Source: Nibricoccus sp.
Lineage (GTDB): Bacteria; Verrucomicrobiota; Verrucomicrobiia; Opitutales; Opitutaceae
Direction: 5' to 3'
NCBI GenBank assembly: GCA_047602425.1
Contig: JASGHG010000001.1
Span: 3,968,001 to 4,032,000 of the forward strand
Length of the DNA stretch: 64,000 nt
The translations under genes and the position numbers were made by a program. Below are positions 52,927 through 63,630 of the stretch, in pieces (position 1 is the first letter of the stretch; the number at the start of each line of letters is the position of its first letter). The notes under the pieces were generated by a model. That model was not told the origin of the DNA and did not search any database. It was given only the letters and a program-made list of their open reading frames with translations.

Positions 52927-54684
52927 ATGAACGCGTCCCACCGCCCTTTTATCGATGCCACTAACACCAACACGCTTTGGTGCAGCGTGCTGGTTGAGAC
53001 GCTCGCGCGCTGTGGTGTGGTTCAGGCCGTCATTTCGCCCGGCTCGCGGTCGACGCCTGTCACCATGGCGCTGGTGCGAAATGCGAAGTTCGAAACGTTT
53101 CCCGTGCTCGACGAACGCTCGGCCGCCTTTTTTGCGCTGGGGCTCTCCCGCCAGCATCGCCGTCCGACCTTGCTCGTCTGCACTTCAGGCACCGCCGGCG
53201 CGAATTATTTTCCCGCCGTGATCGAAGCGCAGGAAAGCGGTGTGCCGCTTCTGGTGCTCACGGCGGACCGTCCGCCGGAAATGCGCGAATGCTCCTCGGG
53301 CCAAACGATCGACCAGCATAAACTTTTCGGCTCGCACGTGAATTGGAGCCACGAACTCGCGGTGCCCGAGCCGCGCCTCGAACTGCTCGCTTACCTGCGC
53401 CAGACCATCGCCCACGCCGTCGAGCGCGCGGTTTTGCCCGAGGCCGGCCCGGTGCATCTCAATGCGCCCTTTCGCGATCCGCTCGCGCCCATCGCCGACG
53501 ATGGCGCGGCCGCGAAATTGCAGGATTTCCTCGGCGAACCTTTCTTCGCGCAACTCGCTCCGCCGATCTTGCCCAAACTTGGCGCCGCGTTGCCCGTGCT
53601 GCCCAACGAAGGGCGCGGTCTCATCGTCGCCGGCCCGAGCCAGCCCGCCAACGCCGGTCAGTACGCCGGCGTGGTCGAACTGCTTTCGCACAACACCGGC
53701 TGGCCCGTCCTGGCCGACAGTCTTTCGCCCCTTCGCGGCTGCGACGCCCCCGGGCAGCCCTTCGTCTTTGGTTACGACATACTGGCCCGAAACAAATCCC
53801 TGCTCCAAAAACTGAAGCCCGACTTCATCCTGAGTCTGGGCGGCTGGCCGATCAGCAAAACCCTGCGCGAATGGATTGCCGCGCTCGATGTGCCCGTGTG
53901 GATCGTCTCCGAGCGTACAAAAAATTTCGATGCCCTGCACAACCGCGTGCGTTCTTTCCGCGCCGACGTGGAAGCCATCGCGATGAATCTGCCCGCGCGT
54001 CCGGTCGAGGGCGACTATTCCGCAAAATGGACCTGCGCGGATGCACTGGCCCGCACCCATGTCGCCGAAACTTTGGCCGGTGTCGACTGGTTTTTCGAAG
54101 GTAAGGCCGCCTGGCTGCTCTCGCAAAAACTCCCCGCGGAAACGCCGCTCTTCGTTGCGAACAGCATGCCGGTGCGCGATCTCGAATATTTCTGGGACCC
54201 GAACGACCGCGCGTGTCCGATCTATTTCAACCGCGGCGCCAACGGCATCGACGGCACGCTCTCGACCGCGCTCGGCGTGGCCCATGGCAACAAACCCGCG
54301 CTTTTGCTCACGGGCGATCTCGCATTGCTGCATGACACCAACGGATTTTTGCTCCGCCAAAAACTGAAAGGCTCGCTCACCATCGTGCTGATCGACAACC
54401 ACGGCGGCGGCATCTTCGAGCATCTGCCGGTGGCGAAATTCGATCCGCCCTTCGAGGAATATTTCGCCACGCCGCAGGAAGCCGACTTCGCAAAACTCGC
54501 CTCGGCCTACGGCATCGAACACATCGCGGTAAAAGACTGGAACCATTTCGAAAGACTAATTTCCACCCTGCCCGAATCGAGCGTTCGCATCCTCGAACTC
54601 CGCACCGACCGCAAACGCGACGCTGCCTTCCGCAAAAAACTCCTCGCCGACGCCGCCGCAAAAGCGGGCGAGTTGTCGGAGTGA
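52927..54684 (+). CDS. menD: SEPHCHC synthase
   Basis: SPGSRSTP, DERSAAFFALG, CTSGTA, NSMPVRD, NRGANGIDG, GGGIF. Confidence 0.95.
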   Translation: MNASHRPFIDATNTNTLWCSVLVETLARCGVVQAVISPGSRSTPVTMALVRNAKFETFPVLDERSAAFFALGLSRQHRRPTLLVCTSGTAGANYFPAVIEAQESGVPLLVLTADRPPEMRECSSGQTIDQHKLFGSHVNWSHELAVPEPRLELLAYLRQTIAHAVERAVLPEAGPVHLNAPFRDPLAPIADDGAAAKLQDFLGEPFFAQLAPPILPKLGAALPVLPNEGRGLIVAGPSQPANAGQYAGVVELLSHNTGWPVLADSLSPLRGCDAPGQPFVFGYDILARNKSLLQKLKPDFILSLGGWPISKTLREWIAALDVPVWIVSERTKNFDALHNRVRSFRADVEAIAMNLPARPVEGDYSAKWTCADALARTHVAETLAGVDWFFEGKAAWLLSQKLPAETPLFVANSMPVRDLEYFWDPNDRACPIYFNRGANGIDGTLSTALGVAHGNKPALLLTGDLALLHDTNGFLLRQKLKGSLTIVLIDNHGGGIFEHLPVAKFDPPFEEYFATPQEADFAKLASAYGIEHIAVKDWNHFERLISTLPESSVRILELRTDRKRDAAFRKKLLADAAAKAGELSE

Positions 54685-54904
54685 AAATATTGATTCGGAA
54701 TTCAGAAATTCTTGAATCAAACCGACCGCCAAACTGGACCGGATTGAATTTCAGTCAGGGAGGCCTCTCCTTGCGTCCGCTCCCGGCGCAAATTTCTGTA
54801 CATTGCCGCGGATGGTTCTCCGTAAGAGGCATTCCCACCTTCAATCCAATGGCGAGCGGGCCGCTCGACGAACAAGCTCGAGGCTCTGAGCCGAAGGGAC
54901 GACG

Positions 54905-55879
54905 TTACCGGGACTGAAAAAGTTCGGCGATGATGTCTTCGAGGGGGACGTCCTCGATGGTGATGTCGGCGACGGGGCCGGCGGCGAGGATTTCCTGCGA
55001 GGCGGGGACAACGGAATCGTTGTTCACGCGCAGGGTGATTTTCCCTTCGTCATCGCGCGTAGCGTCGCCATGGGTCGATTTCCAATGGTTCGTGAACGAA
55101 CCGTCCTGCGGGACGAAACGAATGATCTTTTTGCGGCTGCCTGAGCTAGATTCGAGGCGGTCAAGCGCGCCGTCGTAGATTTTTGTGCCCTTGTGGATCA
55201 CGATCACGCGTTCGCAGAGTTCCTTGATGTCGGCCATGTAGTGGCTGGTGAGGAGGATGGTGACGCGGTGCTTGCGATTGTATTCCCGAAGAAACTGGCG
55301 GACGGCTTTTTGTGAAACGACGTCGAGACCGATCGTGGGCTCGTCGAGGAAAAGCACGCGCGGGCGGTGCAGTAGCGCGGCGATGAGTTCCATCTTCATG
55401 CGTTCGCCGAGGGAGAGTTCCCGAACCATTACATTGAGCTTATCTTTCACGCCGAGCAGCGAGACGAGTTCGTCGAGAGTCGATTGGTATTGTTTCGGAT
55501 CGAGGCCGTAGATGTGGCGGAGCAGCAGGAAGGATTCGTGGGCGGGCAGGTCCCACCAGAGCTGATTTTTTTGGCCGAGCACGAGGGCGAACAGGCGCCG
55601 GTATGCGTTTTCGCGCTTGGTGGGATCGAAGCCGGCGACGCGGGCGGTGCCGGACGTCGGATAAATAAGGCCCGACAACATTTTAAGCGTGGTCGTCTTG
55701 CCTGCGCCATTGGGGCCGAGAAAGCCAACAAACTCACCTTCACCAATATCGAAGGTGATGTCTTTGGCGGCGGCGGTTTCCTCGAATTCGCGTTTAAAAA
55801 GTCCGCGGACGCCGCCCCAGAAACCAGGCTGCTTTTTATAGGTTCGGAAGATGCGAGTGAGGTTGCGGACTTCAATCAT
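54905..55879 (-). CDS. ABC-2-type transporter ATP-binding protein
   Basis: GPNGAGKTT, LSLGERM, LDEPTIGLD, TSH; ATG at 55879. Confidence 0.92.
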   Translation of the reverse strand: MIEVRNLTRIFRTYKKQPGFWGGVRGLFKREFEETAAAKDITFDIGEGEFVGFLGPNGAGKTTTLKMLSGLIYPTSGTARVAGFDPTKRENAYRRLFALVLGQKNQLWWDLPAHESFLLLRHIYGLDPKQYQSTLDELVSLLGVKDKLNVMVRELSLGERMKMELIAALLHRPRVLFLDEPTIGLDVVSQKAVRQFLREYNRKHRVTILLTSHYMADIKELCERVIVIHKGTKIYDGALDRLESSSGSRKKIIRFVPQDGSFTNHWKSTHGDATRDDEGKITLRVNNDSVVPASQEILAAGPVADITIEDVPLEDIIAELFQSR

Positions 55880-55974
55880 GGGAAGGACGAGTGAATGCCA
55901 AACTTCAACCAACGCAAAAACGTAATGCGAGAAAACGGTTTGAAAACCGCGTGGGGCGCCGCGATTCTCGGGCC

Positions 55975-57173
55975 ATGCATTTTCTGGGAATGATTTTTCT
56001 GCTCGTGATTTCCACGGTGGGTTCCTGGGCCAGGGAATCACGGCGACATTGGTTGTACCGACATCCCCGGTGGCGCCGGGACAGAACGTGGAAGTCAGTC
56101 TCGTGTTGTTGAACCCTGGCCAAAAAGTCACGCGCGCTACTTTGCCGATAGAGATGTTTGCGCGCTTGGTGGGTGACGGTCGTGAGTGGCCGGTGCCGAT
56201 TTATGCGAAGACGATGCCGGTGCCGGTGATCGGCCCGGGAGCTTTCAGTCATGCGACGTGCGTGTTTTTAGTACCGAACGATGCGAAGGGGCGTTTGGTG
56301 CTGGAGATTGCCGATCCGATGGTGCGTGCAATCGTTGACGTGAAGCGGCCGGAAAAAAAGAGCGACATGGATTCGCTGGAAAAGACCGTGTTTTCGCCAC
56401 TGGCCGATGAAGGCAAGGTCCCGGCTTTGGCGGAGTTTCACCGGGTGTTCGCGGAAAATATTTCCACGCACCTGCCGATTTATTTTATCGGCGGACCGAA
56501 GAAGCCAGCGGTGAAATTTCAATTCAGCTTCAAATACCGCGTCTTTGGCGACAATAGCACGACGGGTACGTTGAATCCGCCGCTGCGCGGATTGTTCTTC
56601 GGTTACACGCAGCGTTCGGTCTGGGACATCACGTCGTATTCAAGCCCGTTCTATGACACGAGTTACATGCCGGAGCTGATGTGGGAGTCGCTGTCGCCGG
56701 CGCCGGCCAAGCCGGGTTTCCTGCGGTTCAGATGGTTTGGCTACCAGATATCAGCGCAGCATGAATCGAACGGCCGCGACGGGGACAAATCGCGAAGTCT
56801 GAATCTCGTCTACATACGGCCGATTTTCAGCCGCGATTTTGGTCCTAAATGGAGTCTGTTGTTTGCACCGAAAATTTTTTATTACGTGGATAACTTGAGC
56901 GACAATCCCGACTTGGAGCGTTATCGTGGTTATGGCGAGTATCAGTTGGTGTTTGCACGGCGGAACGGTTGGAATTTGGGATTCCTCGGCCGCATTGGGA
57001 GTCACTTCGATCGCGGAAGCGTGCAATTGGATTTCACGTATCCATTGCAGGTGAGTTACGGGCATTTCGCGAATTTCCTGCTGTTGCAATATTTCGATGG
57101 CTACGGGGAGAGCCTGCTAAGCTACAACACGAAGTCGCGGATGCTGCGTGCGGGATTTTCGCTGGTGCGGTGA
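55975..57173 (+). CDS. pldA: Outer-membrane phospholipase A with N-terminal extra domain; frameshift near 56030
   Basis: KFQFSFK, GYTQRS.W, SSPF.DT.YMPE, catalytic HESNG, YFDGYGESL. The signal peptide MHFLGMIFLLVISTVGSWA lies in a different frame just upstream. Confidence 0.82.
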
Positions 57174-57238
57174 GGGGCGGAGGCCGGAGGTCAGATGCCA
57201 GAAGCCGGAAGCCAGAGGTCGGACGTCGGAGGTCGGGA
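57172..57238. repeat. Degenerate 7-nt tandem repeats
   Basis: GAGGCCG GAGGTCA GATGCCA GAAGCCG GAAGCCA GAGGTCG GACGTCG GAGGTCG, between convergent genes. Confidence 0.7.
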
Positions 57239-57260
57239 GGTGAAGCCGCCTTGCCGCGGG

Positions 57261-59969
57261 TCAGCCGAGGACGGCTTTGATGGCGCGGGCGAGGTCGCCG
57301 AGGCGGAACGGCTTGGGCAGGTAGCCGACGAAGCCCATTTCTATGTACTGGCGGGCCATTTCCTCGGAATCGTAGCCACTGCAAACGATGGCGCGCACAT
57401 CTTTGTCGATTTCACGTAGTTGGCGGAAGGCTTCCTCGCCGCCCATGCCGCCGATGACGGTGAGGTCGAGAATGACGAGGTCGTACGGGCGGCCAACATT
57501 GATGTAGCGCTTGTAAAGGGTAATGGCCTCCTCGCCATTGCGGGCGGTATCGTACTTGTAGTCGAGGCTGGCGAGCATGCCGGCGGCGAGCCGGGAAATA
57601 TCCGGATCGTCATCCATAAGGAGGACGCGACCGGTGCCGGTACGAAGGATTGGCGTGCGACGGGTTTCTATCTCCGCCGGCTGGTTGGCCTGCGGAAGGA
57701 GGATGCGGAAAGTGGTGCCTTCGCCGACGGTGGACACGACGGATATCTGGCCTCCGTGCTTGCGAATGAGATTGCGGACGGTGGAAAGGCCGAGTCCGGT
57801 GCCCTGGGTTTTGGTGGTAAAGAAAGGTTCGAAAATTTTCTCGATGTTTTCGTAGGGGATGCCAACGCCATTGTCGCGGATTTCAAAAGCCACGTAATTG
57901 CCGGCGGGAAGCGGAGGCATGGCGCCGTCGGTGAGACGGACGTTGTCGGCTGCGAGCGTGATATGACCGCCTTGCGGGGGAAGAGCCTGGAGGGCGTTGA
58001 TGATGAGGTTTTGGAAGACCTGCATCATTTGGGCGCGATTGACGCGGACGGGCGAAACGGTTTCGGCGGCATTGACCGTGATTTCGGCCGAGGCGCCGGC
58101 ACGGGCAAGGCGAACGGATTCCTCAAGAAGCTCGAGCGGCGAGAGCACTTGCGAAGTCGCAGGTGTGCCACCTTTGGCGGCAGCGAGAAGTTGTTTAGTG
58201 AGGGATTTGGCGGCGAGGCAGGCGCGTTCGCTATCGGCGAGGTAGGAGCGGTCGTTGTTGTCCTTCGCGTGGGAAATGCCTCCGAGGATGGTGGCGAGGA
58301 GATTGTTGAAATCGTGAGCGATGCCGCCGGCGACGACGCCGAGGGATTCCCAGCGGTTGATCTTGATCAGTTCCTCGGGGGAAAGCGTCATTTCCTCGGG
58401 GTTACGGAAGACAACGACCATGCCTTCGATGCGTTTGTTGGGCCCGAGAACCTGGCTGGCGCTCCAAACGATGGGGCGGGTTTTGCCGTCTGCGGTCAGA
58501 AGTTGATGGTCGGCGCAAAGCGGCGTGTGGTCGCTGTTGGCGAAGGCCGACACGAGAGCTTCCTCGTCGGCCAAGCCGGTGACACGGCCGGCCAACCGGA
58601 AAACATCGCCAAGAAGCACGCCTTGGGTTTTTTCGAGCGTGCAGGCGGTGAGACGTTCGGCTTGGGGATTGAGATAGACGATGCGCCCGGCCTGGTCGGT
58701 GACGATGATGGCCTCGACGAGGCTGGCCAGGGTGGCGGGAATGAGCGCAGGCGGAAGCGGGAGACTGGAAATGGTCGCGAGGCTGGAACTGAGCTCGGGT
58801 GGAAGCGCACAGCAAAAGCCCACGACCCGGGCGAGGCCGCCTTTGCGATTCAACTGGCGGTGGGCGCCGACGAGGACGGGAAGCGGATTTTCCTGCGCAT
58901 CGCGGAGGGCGACGCTCTGAACAAAAGATTCGCGGCCCGGTGCGGGTGCGAGGAAGAAAGCTTCAGCTCCGCGGAGCGCGACATTTTGCGGAAGCGCGTC
59001 GAGAAACGCATCAAGTTCGCTGGCGGCAGCGTCGTGCGCGCCAATCAATTTTGCCCAACTCGGAGAAAGCCAGAATTTGCCATGAGCGAAATCGAAGTCG
59101 AACGTGACGAGACCGCCTTCGCCGGTGAGTTTTTGAAGACGCTCGTCGTTAAGGGCGCTTTGTTCGTCGAATTCCTTGCGCTCATTGATATCGAGTTGGA
59201 GACCGGTGACCCGCTCGAGTTCGCCATCGGGACCGATGACTTGAGTGCCCAGGCACTGCATCCATACGTAGTGGCCTTCGTGGTGCAGCATGCGGATCTC
59301 GATGGAAAAAGACCGTGCGCCGGGTTTCTGTTTGCGCGGTGCGGAGTCGGGTGCGGCGGCCGAATCGTCGGGATGGATCAGGCGCTGCCAGCTGTCGTAG
59401 GTATTGGAAAGTTCTTTGTCGGTATAGCCTAGTTGCCGTTTCCAGGCGGGCGAGTAATACATGAGGCCGGCCTTGAAATTCAGGTCGAAGAATCCGACGG
59501 TGCCTTCGTCGGCCAGCAACGCCAGGCCGGAATCGACGAGGAGGGGCGGAGTGGAATCGCGGTGGCGAATGGGATCCTCAATAAACGCGAAATAGCCGCC
59601 ATCGATCCCCTGAGTTTCCTCAATGCGCACGGCGACTTCGGCGGTGGTATTTGCCGGCAGGCGGGTGATGCAGGTGATGCTGCGGTTAAGGGCATTGGTG
59701 ATGAGCAGTGTCCATTGCGCCTCGGTTCCCGCCGTGGCAACAGAAGTGCCGTCGAAAATAAAAAGTTGGGCGAAAGGAGTGTCTCGGAACTGTTCGATCG
59801 TGGTCTTCCAATAGCGCAGCGCAGTGGTGTTGGCCGCGATGATCTTGCCGTGCATGTCGAGCGTGATCAGCGCGGGGCTGAGCAGGGAGTCAGTTCCTTG
59901 GAAGGGTGACACGGAAATGGAAGCGGGGTTGATCACGTTTATCGGGTGCGCACCGACCAATTGCAACAT
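57261..59969 (-). CDS. Cytoplasmic multi-PAS hybrid sensor kinase
   Basis: Several PAS repeats (W...IHPDD), GGIAHDFNN, GTGLGL, REC; start uncertain. Confidence 0.9.
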   Translation of the reverse strand: MLQLVGAHPINVINPASISVSPFQGTDSLLSPALITLDMHGKIIAANTTALRYWKTTIEQFRDTPFAQLFIFDGTSVATAGTEAQWTLLITNALNRSITCITRLPANTTAEVAVRIEETQGIDGGYFAFIEDPIRHRDSTPPLLVDSGLALLADEGTVGFFDLNFKAGLMYYSPAWKRQLGYTDKELSNTYDSWQRLIHPDDSAAAPDSAPRKQKPGARSFSIEIRMLHHEGHYVWMQCLGTQVIGPDGELERVTGLQLDINERKEFDEQSALNDERLQKLTGEGGLVTFDFDFAHGKFWLSPSWAKLIGAHDAAASELDAFLDALPQNVALRGAEAFFLAPAPGRESFVQSVALRDAQENPLPVLVGAHRQLNRKGGLARVVGFCCALPPELSSSLATISSLPLPPALIPATLASLVEAIIVTDQAGRIVYLNPQAERLTACTLEKTQGVLLGDVFRLAGRVTGLADEEALVSAFANSDHTPLCADHQLLTADGKTRPIVWSASQVLGPNKRIEGMVVVFRNPEEMTLSPEELIKINRWESLGVVAGGIAHDFNNLLATILGGISHAKDNNDRSYLADSERACLAAKSLTKQLLAAAKGGTPATSQVLSPLELLEESVRLARAGASAEITVNAAETVSPVRVNRAQMMQVFQNLIINALQALPPQGGHITLAADNVRLTDGAMPPLPAGNYVAFEIRDNGVGIPYENIEKIFEPFFTTKTQGTGLGLSTVRNLIRKHGGQISVVSTVGEGTTFRILLPQANQPAEIETRRTPILRTGTGRVLLMDDDPDISRLAAGMLASLDYKYDTARNGEEAITLYKRYINVGRPYDLVILDLTVIGGMGGEEAFRQLREIDKDVRAIVCSGYDSEEMARQYIEMGFVGYLPKPFRLGDLARAIKAVLG

Positions 59970-60141
59970 TCGGTATGGGGTCGCGGTCGTGGGATCGGAA
60001 AGGAGGCCGGACTTATCGGCGTTTGCGCCGCGAACGGTGCAAGGCTGGTGGACACGCTGGAGCTTGAGACATCGGCTGGAGCCGCTGGTTCTTGTGTGGT
60101 ATGAGATCTTTTCTGAGATGAGAAATTCACGAAAGTGTCGG

Positions 60142-61167
60142 TCAAGTTCCGGCCCACTCCCTCACGCGTTTTTCGAGGAAGGCAATGTAGGCCGGGTGGT
60201 CATTTAAGCAAGGTATTTGCTTAAAGGTAGAACCCCCAGATTCGAGGAAGGTCTTTTTTCCTTCGACCGAGATTTCCTCGAGCGTTTCCAGGCAGTCGGC
60301 CACGAACGCGGGGGTCATGACGAGAAGGCGCTTCGCTCCGGTGGCGGGCAGACGCTCAAGTTCGTGGTCGGTATAGGGTGTTAACCATGGTTCGCCGGCG
60401 AGCCGGGATTGGAACGACACCGAATGCCGGTCCGGAGTAAGGCCGGCGCGCTGCGCAAAAGCCTTGGTGGTGCGGAAGCATTGGGCGCGGTAACAGGTGC
60501 TTTGCACGGGCGAACAGACGTCGCAGCAATCCTTCACAATCGTGCAATGCGCTTTCGAGGAATCGGCTTTGCGCAAATGGCGCTGAGGAATGCCGTGATA
60601 ACTGAACAACACGTAATCGTGCGGTTCTTCGAGGTAGGGCTTGGCGGACGTGTAGAGTGCCTCGATGTAGTCGGCGTCTTCATAGAAAGGTTGGACCGTG
60701 GTGATGCGCAGCGAAGGCGTTTGCGCCGCGGCTTCCGCATAGACTTTGGCCGTGACGGTTTCCCATGAGGACATCGCGTAGTGCGGATATTGGGGAATGA
60801 GCAGCACCTCCTGGACGCCATCGGCCAGGATTTTGGCGATGACCGATTTGATCGAGGGCTGGCCGTAACGCATCGCCAGATACACGGGAACTTCGGCGCC
60901 GAGTTGGGCGGAGAGTTTTTCCTGAACCGAACGCGACGTTACCAACAAAGGCGATCCGTCCTTGGTCCAAACCGATTCGTAGGCGTGCGCCGATTTTTTA
61001 GGGCGTGTGCGAAGGATGATGCCCTCAAGCAACAACCAACGCAACGGCGCCGCGAGGTCGATGACACGTTCGTCGCCGAGAAACTCGCGCAAATATTTTC
61101 TCACATCGGGAACAGAGGTGGAATCGGGCGAACCTAAGTTGACGAGCAGAACAGCGCGTTTGGACAT
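60142..61167 (-). CDS. hemH: Ferrochelatase
   Basis: LLVNLGSP, GSPL, MRYGQP, FSYHGIP, FQSR..EPWL.P, DCLETLEE, IPCLN. Confidence 0.95.
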   Translation of the reverse strand: MSKRAVLLVNLGSPDSTSVPDVRKYLREFLGDERVIDLAAPLRWLLLEGIILRTRPKKSAHAYESVWTKDGSPLLVTSRSVQEKLSAQLGAEVPVYLAMRYGQPSIKSVIAKILADGVQEVLLIPQYPHYAMSSWETVTAKVYAEAAAQTPSLRITTVQPFYEDADYIEALYTSAKPYLEEPHDYVLFSYHGIPQRHLRKADSSKAHCTIVKDCCDVCSPVQSTCYRAQCFRTTKAFAQRAGLTPDRHSVSFQSRLAGEPWLTPYTDHELERLPATGAKRLLVMTPAFVADCLETLEEISVEGKKTFLESGGSTFKQIPCLNDHPAYIAFLEKRVREWAGT

Positions 61168-61353
61168 GTCACAAGAGGTCAATGTCCGTGCGAGATTGTC
61201 AAACGCCAGCGCAGCAAAAGTGCCGCACAGTTCGATTTTCCCGGAAGGTTCGGCTTTTGCCGGAGGAGAAACGGCCAGCGGCCAACGCTGCGACAGCGCT
61301 TTGCCGACCGATCAGGTGCCAAACCAAACGCCCGCGGCGCGGATTTCGCTTGG

Positions 61354-62712
61354 CTAAACCTGATACTGTTTGAGCGGCACGGGATCGAGGATTTTGGCTT
61401 TGGGGAGTTGTTTGGCCAATTCGTCGGCGAACCAGGCACGCGCTTCAGGATCGCCGTGGGTGAGCACGACGCTGCGGGGCGTGGCCTGCACGGCGAATTC
61501 GAGCAATTCCTCGCGGTCGGCATGGCCGCTGAGCTCGAACTTTTCGACGTGGGCCTTGATCTTGGTTTTCACGTTGGCGGCGGCAAAGAGGAAGGTGTCA
61601 CCGGGTTTGGCGGCGAGCAGTGCGCCGCCGGGCGTGTCCGGATCGCAATAGCCGACGAAGCCAATGGTGTTATGCGCGCTGCTCACCAGGCCGGAAGCGA
61701 GCGTGTAGGACGGCGTGCGTTCCACCAGCATGCCGGAGCTGATGATATAAAGCGCGTTTTGTTTTGGATCTTCGCCCGGGTTAAGTTTGCGCGGAGTAGG
61801 CTTGAGTTTCAGATCCTTGATGATGCTGCGCGTGAAATTGGTGTGTTTCAGCTTGCGGGTGATTTCGTCGAAATAATCGGCGATATCCATGCCGAGACCG
61901 GAGGCGTAGATCGGGCATTCGACAAGTTTGCCGAATTTCCGTGCGTCGTGAATGATTGCGAGGATTTCCTGCATGCGACCGAGGGCGAACACGGGCATCA
62001 GGAAGGAACCACCGCGCTGGATGGTGGTATTGATGCTGTCGATCAGGCGGCTGACTTCGGCGAGACGGGATTTATTCGCGGGGCGTTCGGTAATGCCGCG
62101 GGTGGTCTCAGTAATGACGGTATCGAAATGTCCGGCGGGGAATTTCGCCCCGGCGAGCGTGCGTTGGTTTTCGAAAAGTACGTCGCCGGTGAAAAAGATT
62201 GCGCGGTGCTTGTAATGCAATTCCACGCCGGCGGCTCCGGCCACGTGACCGGCGTGATGGAAAATGATTTCGACCTCGTCTTTCTCGCCGCGGAATTTTT
62301 TTGCGGCGGTAAAAGGGAGCCCGGTCATCCGTGCGGCGCAACGATCGATTTCCTCATGCGTGAAAAGCGGGTACTCCGGAATGTTTTCCTCCTCCTTTTG
62401 GCGAACCATAACATTGGCGGAATTATGCAGCATGCGCTCGATTAGCATGCGGCTCGACTGGGTCATGATCACGGGTGCTTCCGGATGTTCGCGCATGACC
62501 ACGGGCAGACTGCCAATGTGGTCGAGATGACAGTGCGTAATAATGATCAGGTCCAACCGGATCCCGCGCAACGGTGTTAGGTCGGGCGTGGCAGTGCGAC
62601 CGGCTTTTTTGGGATGTAGGCCGCAGTCTATGAGGATGTTAAGTTCGCCAAGTTGGACAAAAAGCGAGTTGGCGCCGATACCACCATCTCGATTGAGATC
62701 GATAAGCTTCAT
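61354..62712 (-). CDS. MBL/beta-CASP ribonuclease
   Basis: THCHLDH, AGHVAG, FTGD, PVFALGRMQE, SGHAD, LTHGD. Confidence 0.9.
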   Translation of the reverse strand: MKLIDLNRDGGIGANSLFVQLGELNILIDCGLHPKKAGRTATPDLTPLRGIRLDLIIITHCHLDHIGSLPVVMREHPEAPVIMTQSSRMLIERMLHNSANVMVRQKEEENIPEYPLFTHEEIDRCAARMTGLPFTAAKKFRGEKDEVEIIFHHAGHVAGAAGVELHYKHRAIFFTGDVLFENQRTLAGAKFPAGHFDTVITETTRGITERPANKSRLAEVSRLIDSINTTIQRGGSFLMPVFALGRMQEILAIIHDARKFGKLVECPIYASGLGMDIADYFDEITRKLKHTNFTRSIIKDLKLKPTPRKLNPGEDPKQNALYIISSGMLVERTPSYTLASGLVSSAHNTIGFVGYCDPDTPGGALLAAKPGDTFLFAAANVKTKIKAHVEKFELSGHADREELLEFAVQATPRSVVLTHGDPEARAWFADELAKQLPKAKILDPVPLKQYQV

Positions 62713-62803
62713 TATTTAAAACCGGAGGAAGGCCTAGACCGCGGTTTCCGGCAAGCCGCAAGATTTTCGCGTCAAGACTCTGGGGAAAAATGCCGAGGCC
62801 GGG

Positions 62804-63196
62804 TTAGTTGGACGAACCCTGCGGAATTACCATATCGAAGGGCGGCAAGACGACGTGGATCTTGTTGCCGAATTCGTCAACGCCGTGAAAACTCCCGAGC
62901 GCGCGGGCGTCCGTGGCGGCGATATGGTAGCTGTTGTAGGAAAATTGCTCGCCCGGTGCGAGGCGCGGTGTTTCACCGACGATTTTATCGCCCTCGATAA
63001 CGAGATGGTCGCCATCGCTGTGCTGAATGACCCATTTGCGGCCAAGCAGGGTGACCACGCGATCGGAGGCATTTTCGATCGTGATGAAATAGACGAACGC
63101 GTGCGGTTTGTCTGGAGGTAGCGTCATGCCGCCGTGGTGATAAACCAATTTATCGAGCCGAGCGGTGAGACCTAGGAGTTGGGTGGAGGCGGGCAT
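62804..63196 (-). CDS. apaG: ApaG domain protein
   Basis: FVYFITIEN, LLGRKWVI, G..IVGETPRLAPGEQFSYNS. Confidence 0.88.
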   Translation of the reverse strand: MPASTQLLGLTARLDKLVYHHGGMTLPPDKPHAFVYFITIENASDRVVTLLGRKWVIQHSDGDHLVIEGDKIVGETPRLAPGEQFSYNSYHIAATDARALGSFHGVDEFGNKIHVVLPPFDMVIPQGSSN

Positions 63197-63263
63197 GCAG
63201 CGTCGTAAAACGGACTGTTCGCGGAAAGAACTCAACCGCGCAGCCTTTGCAACCGCCGGAACG

Positions 63264-63347
63264 TTTGTCGTCTATTAAATGACAAGTTGATTGATCCAGT
63301 TGCAGAGCGAGACCACCCCGAACATTTGTCATCTATTAGATGACAAA
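63264..63347. repeat. Pair of palindromes, TGTCA-N9-TGACA family variant
   Basis: TTTGTCGTCTATTAAATGACAA and TTTGTCATCTATTAGATGACAAA. Confidence 0.7.
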
Positions 63348-63377
63348 CGCTCGGGAAATGGAGAATAAAATTTCCAA

Positions 63378-63450
63378 GCGAGGAAGGTGAGGGAAGTGAG
63401 GAAGGCGAGGAAGGTGAGGAAGGTGAAGAAGGCAACGAAAGGCGTGAAAG
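63378..63450. repeat. Purine-rich 9-nt tandem repeats
   Basis: (G[CT]GAGGAAG)n, about 6 good copies plus degenerate ones. Confidence 0.75.
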
Positions 63451-63630
63451 TTGGCCGTTTTTGGCGGGGTGGGTGCGGTAGTGACGCGAGCGAGGTTTGG
63501 TCTGGGGTGGGGCGGTGGAGAAGAACGTAGGACTGGGGTGAGTGATTTTGGGGCCGGGGATTGTTGAGCAAGCGAAGTGGAGGACGAAAGCAGTTGCACG
63601 GCGGGCGGGGGTGGCAACGGTGGGGGCGCA

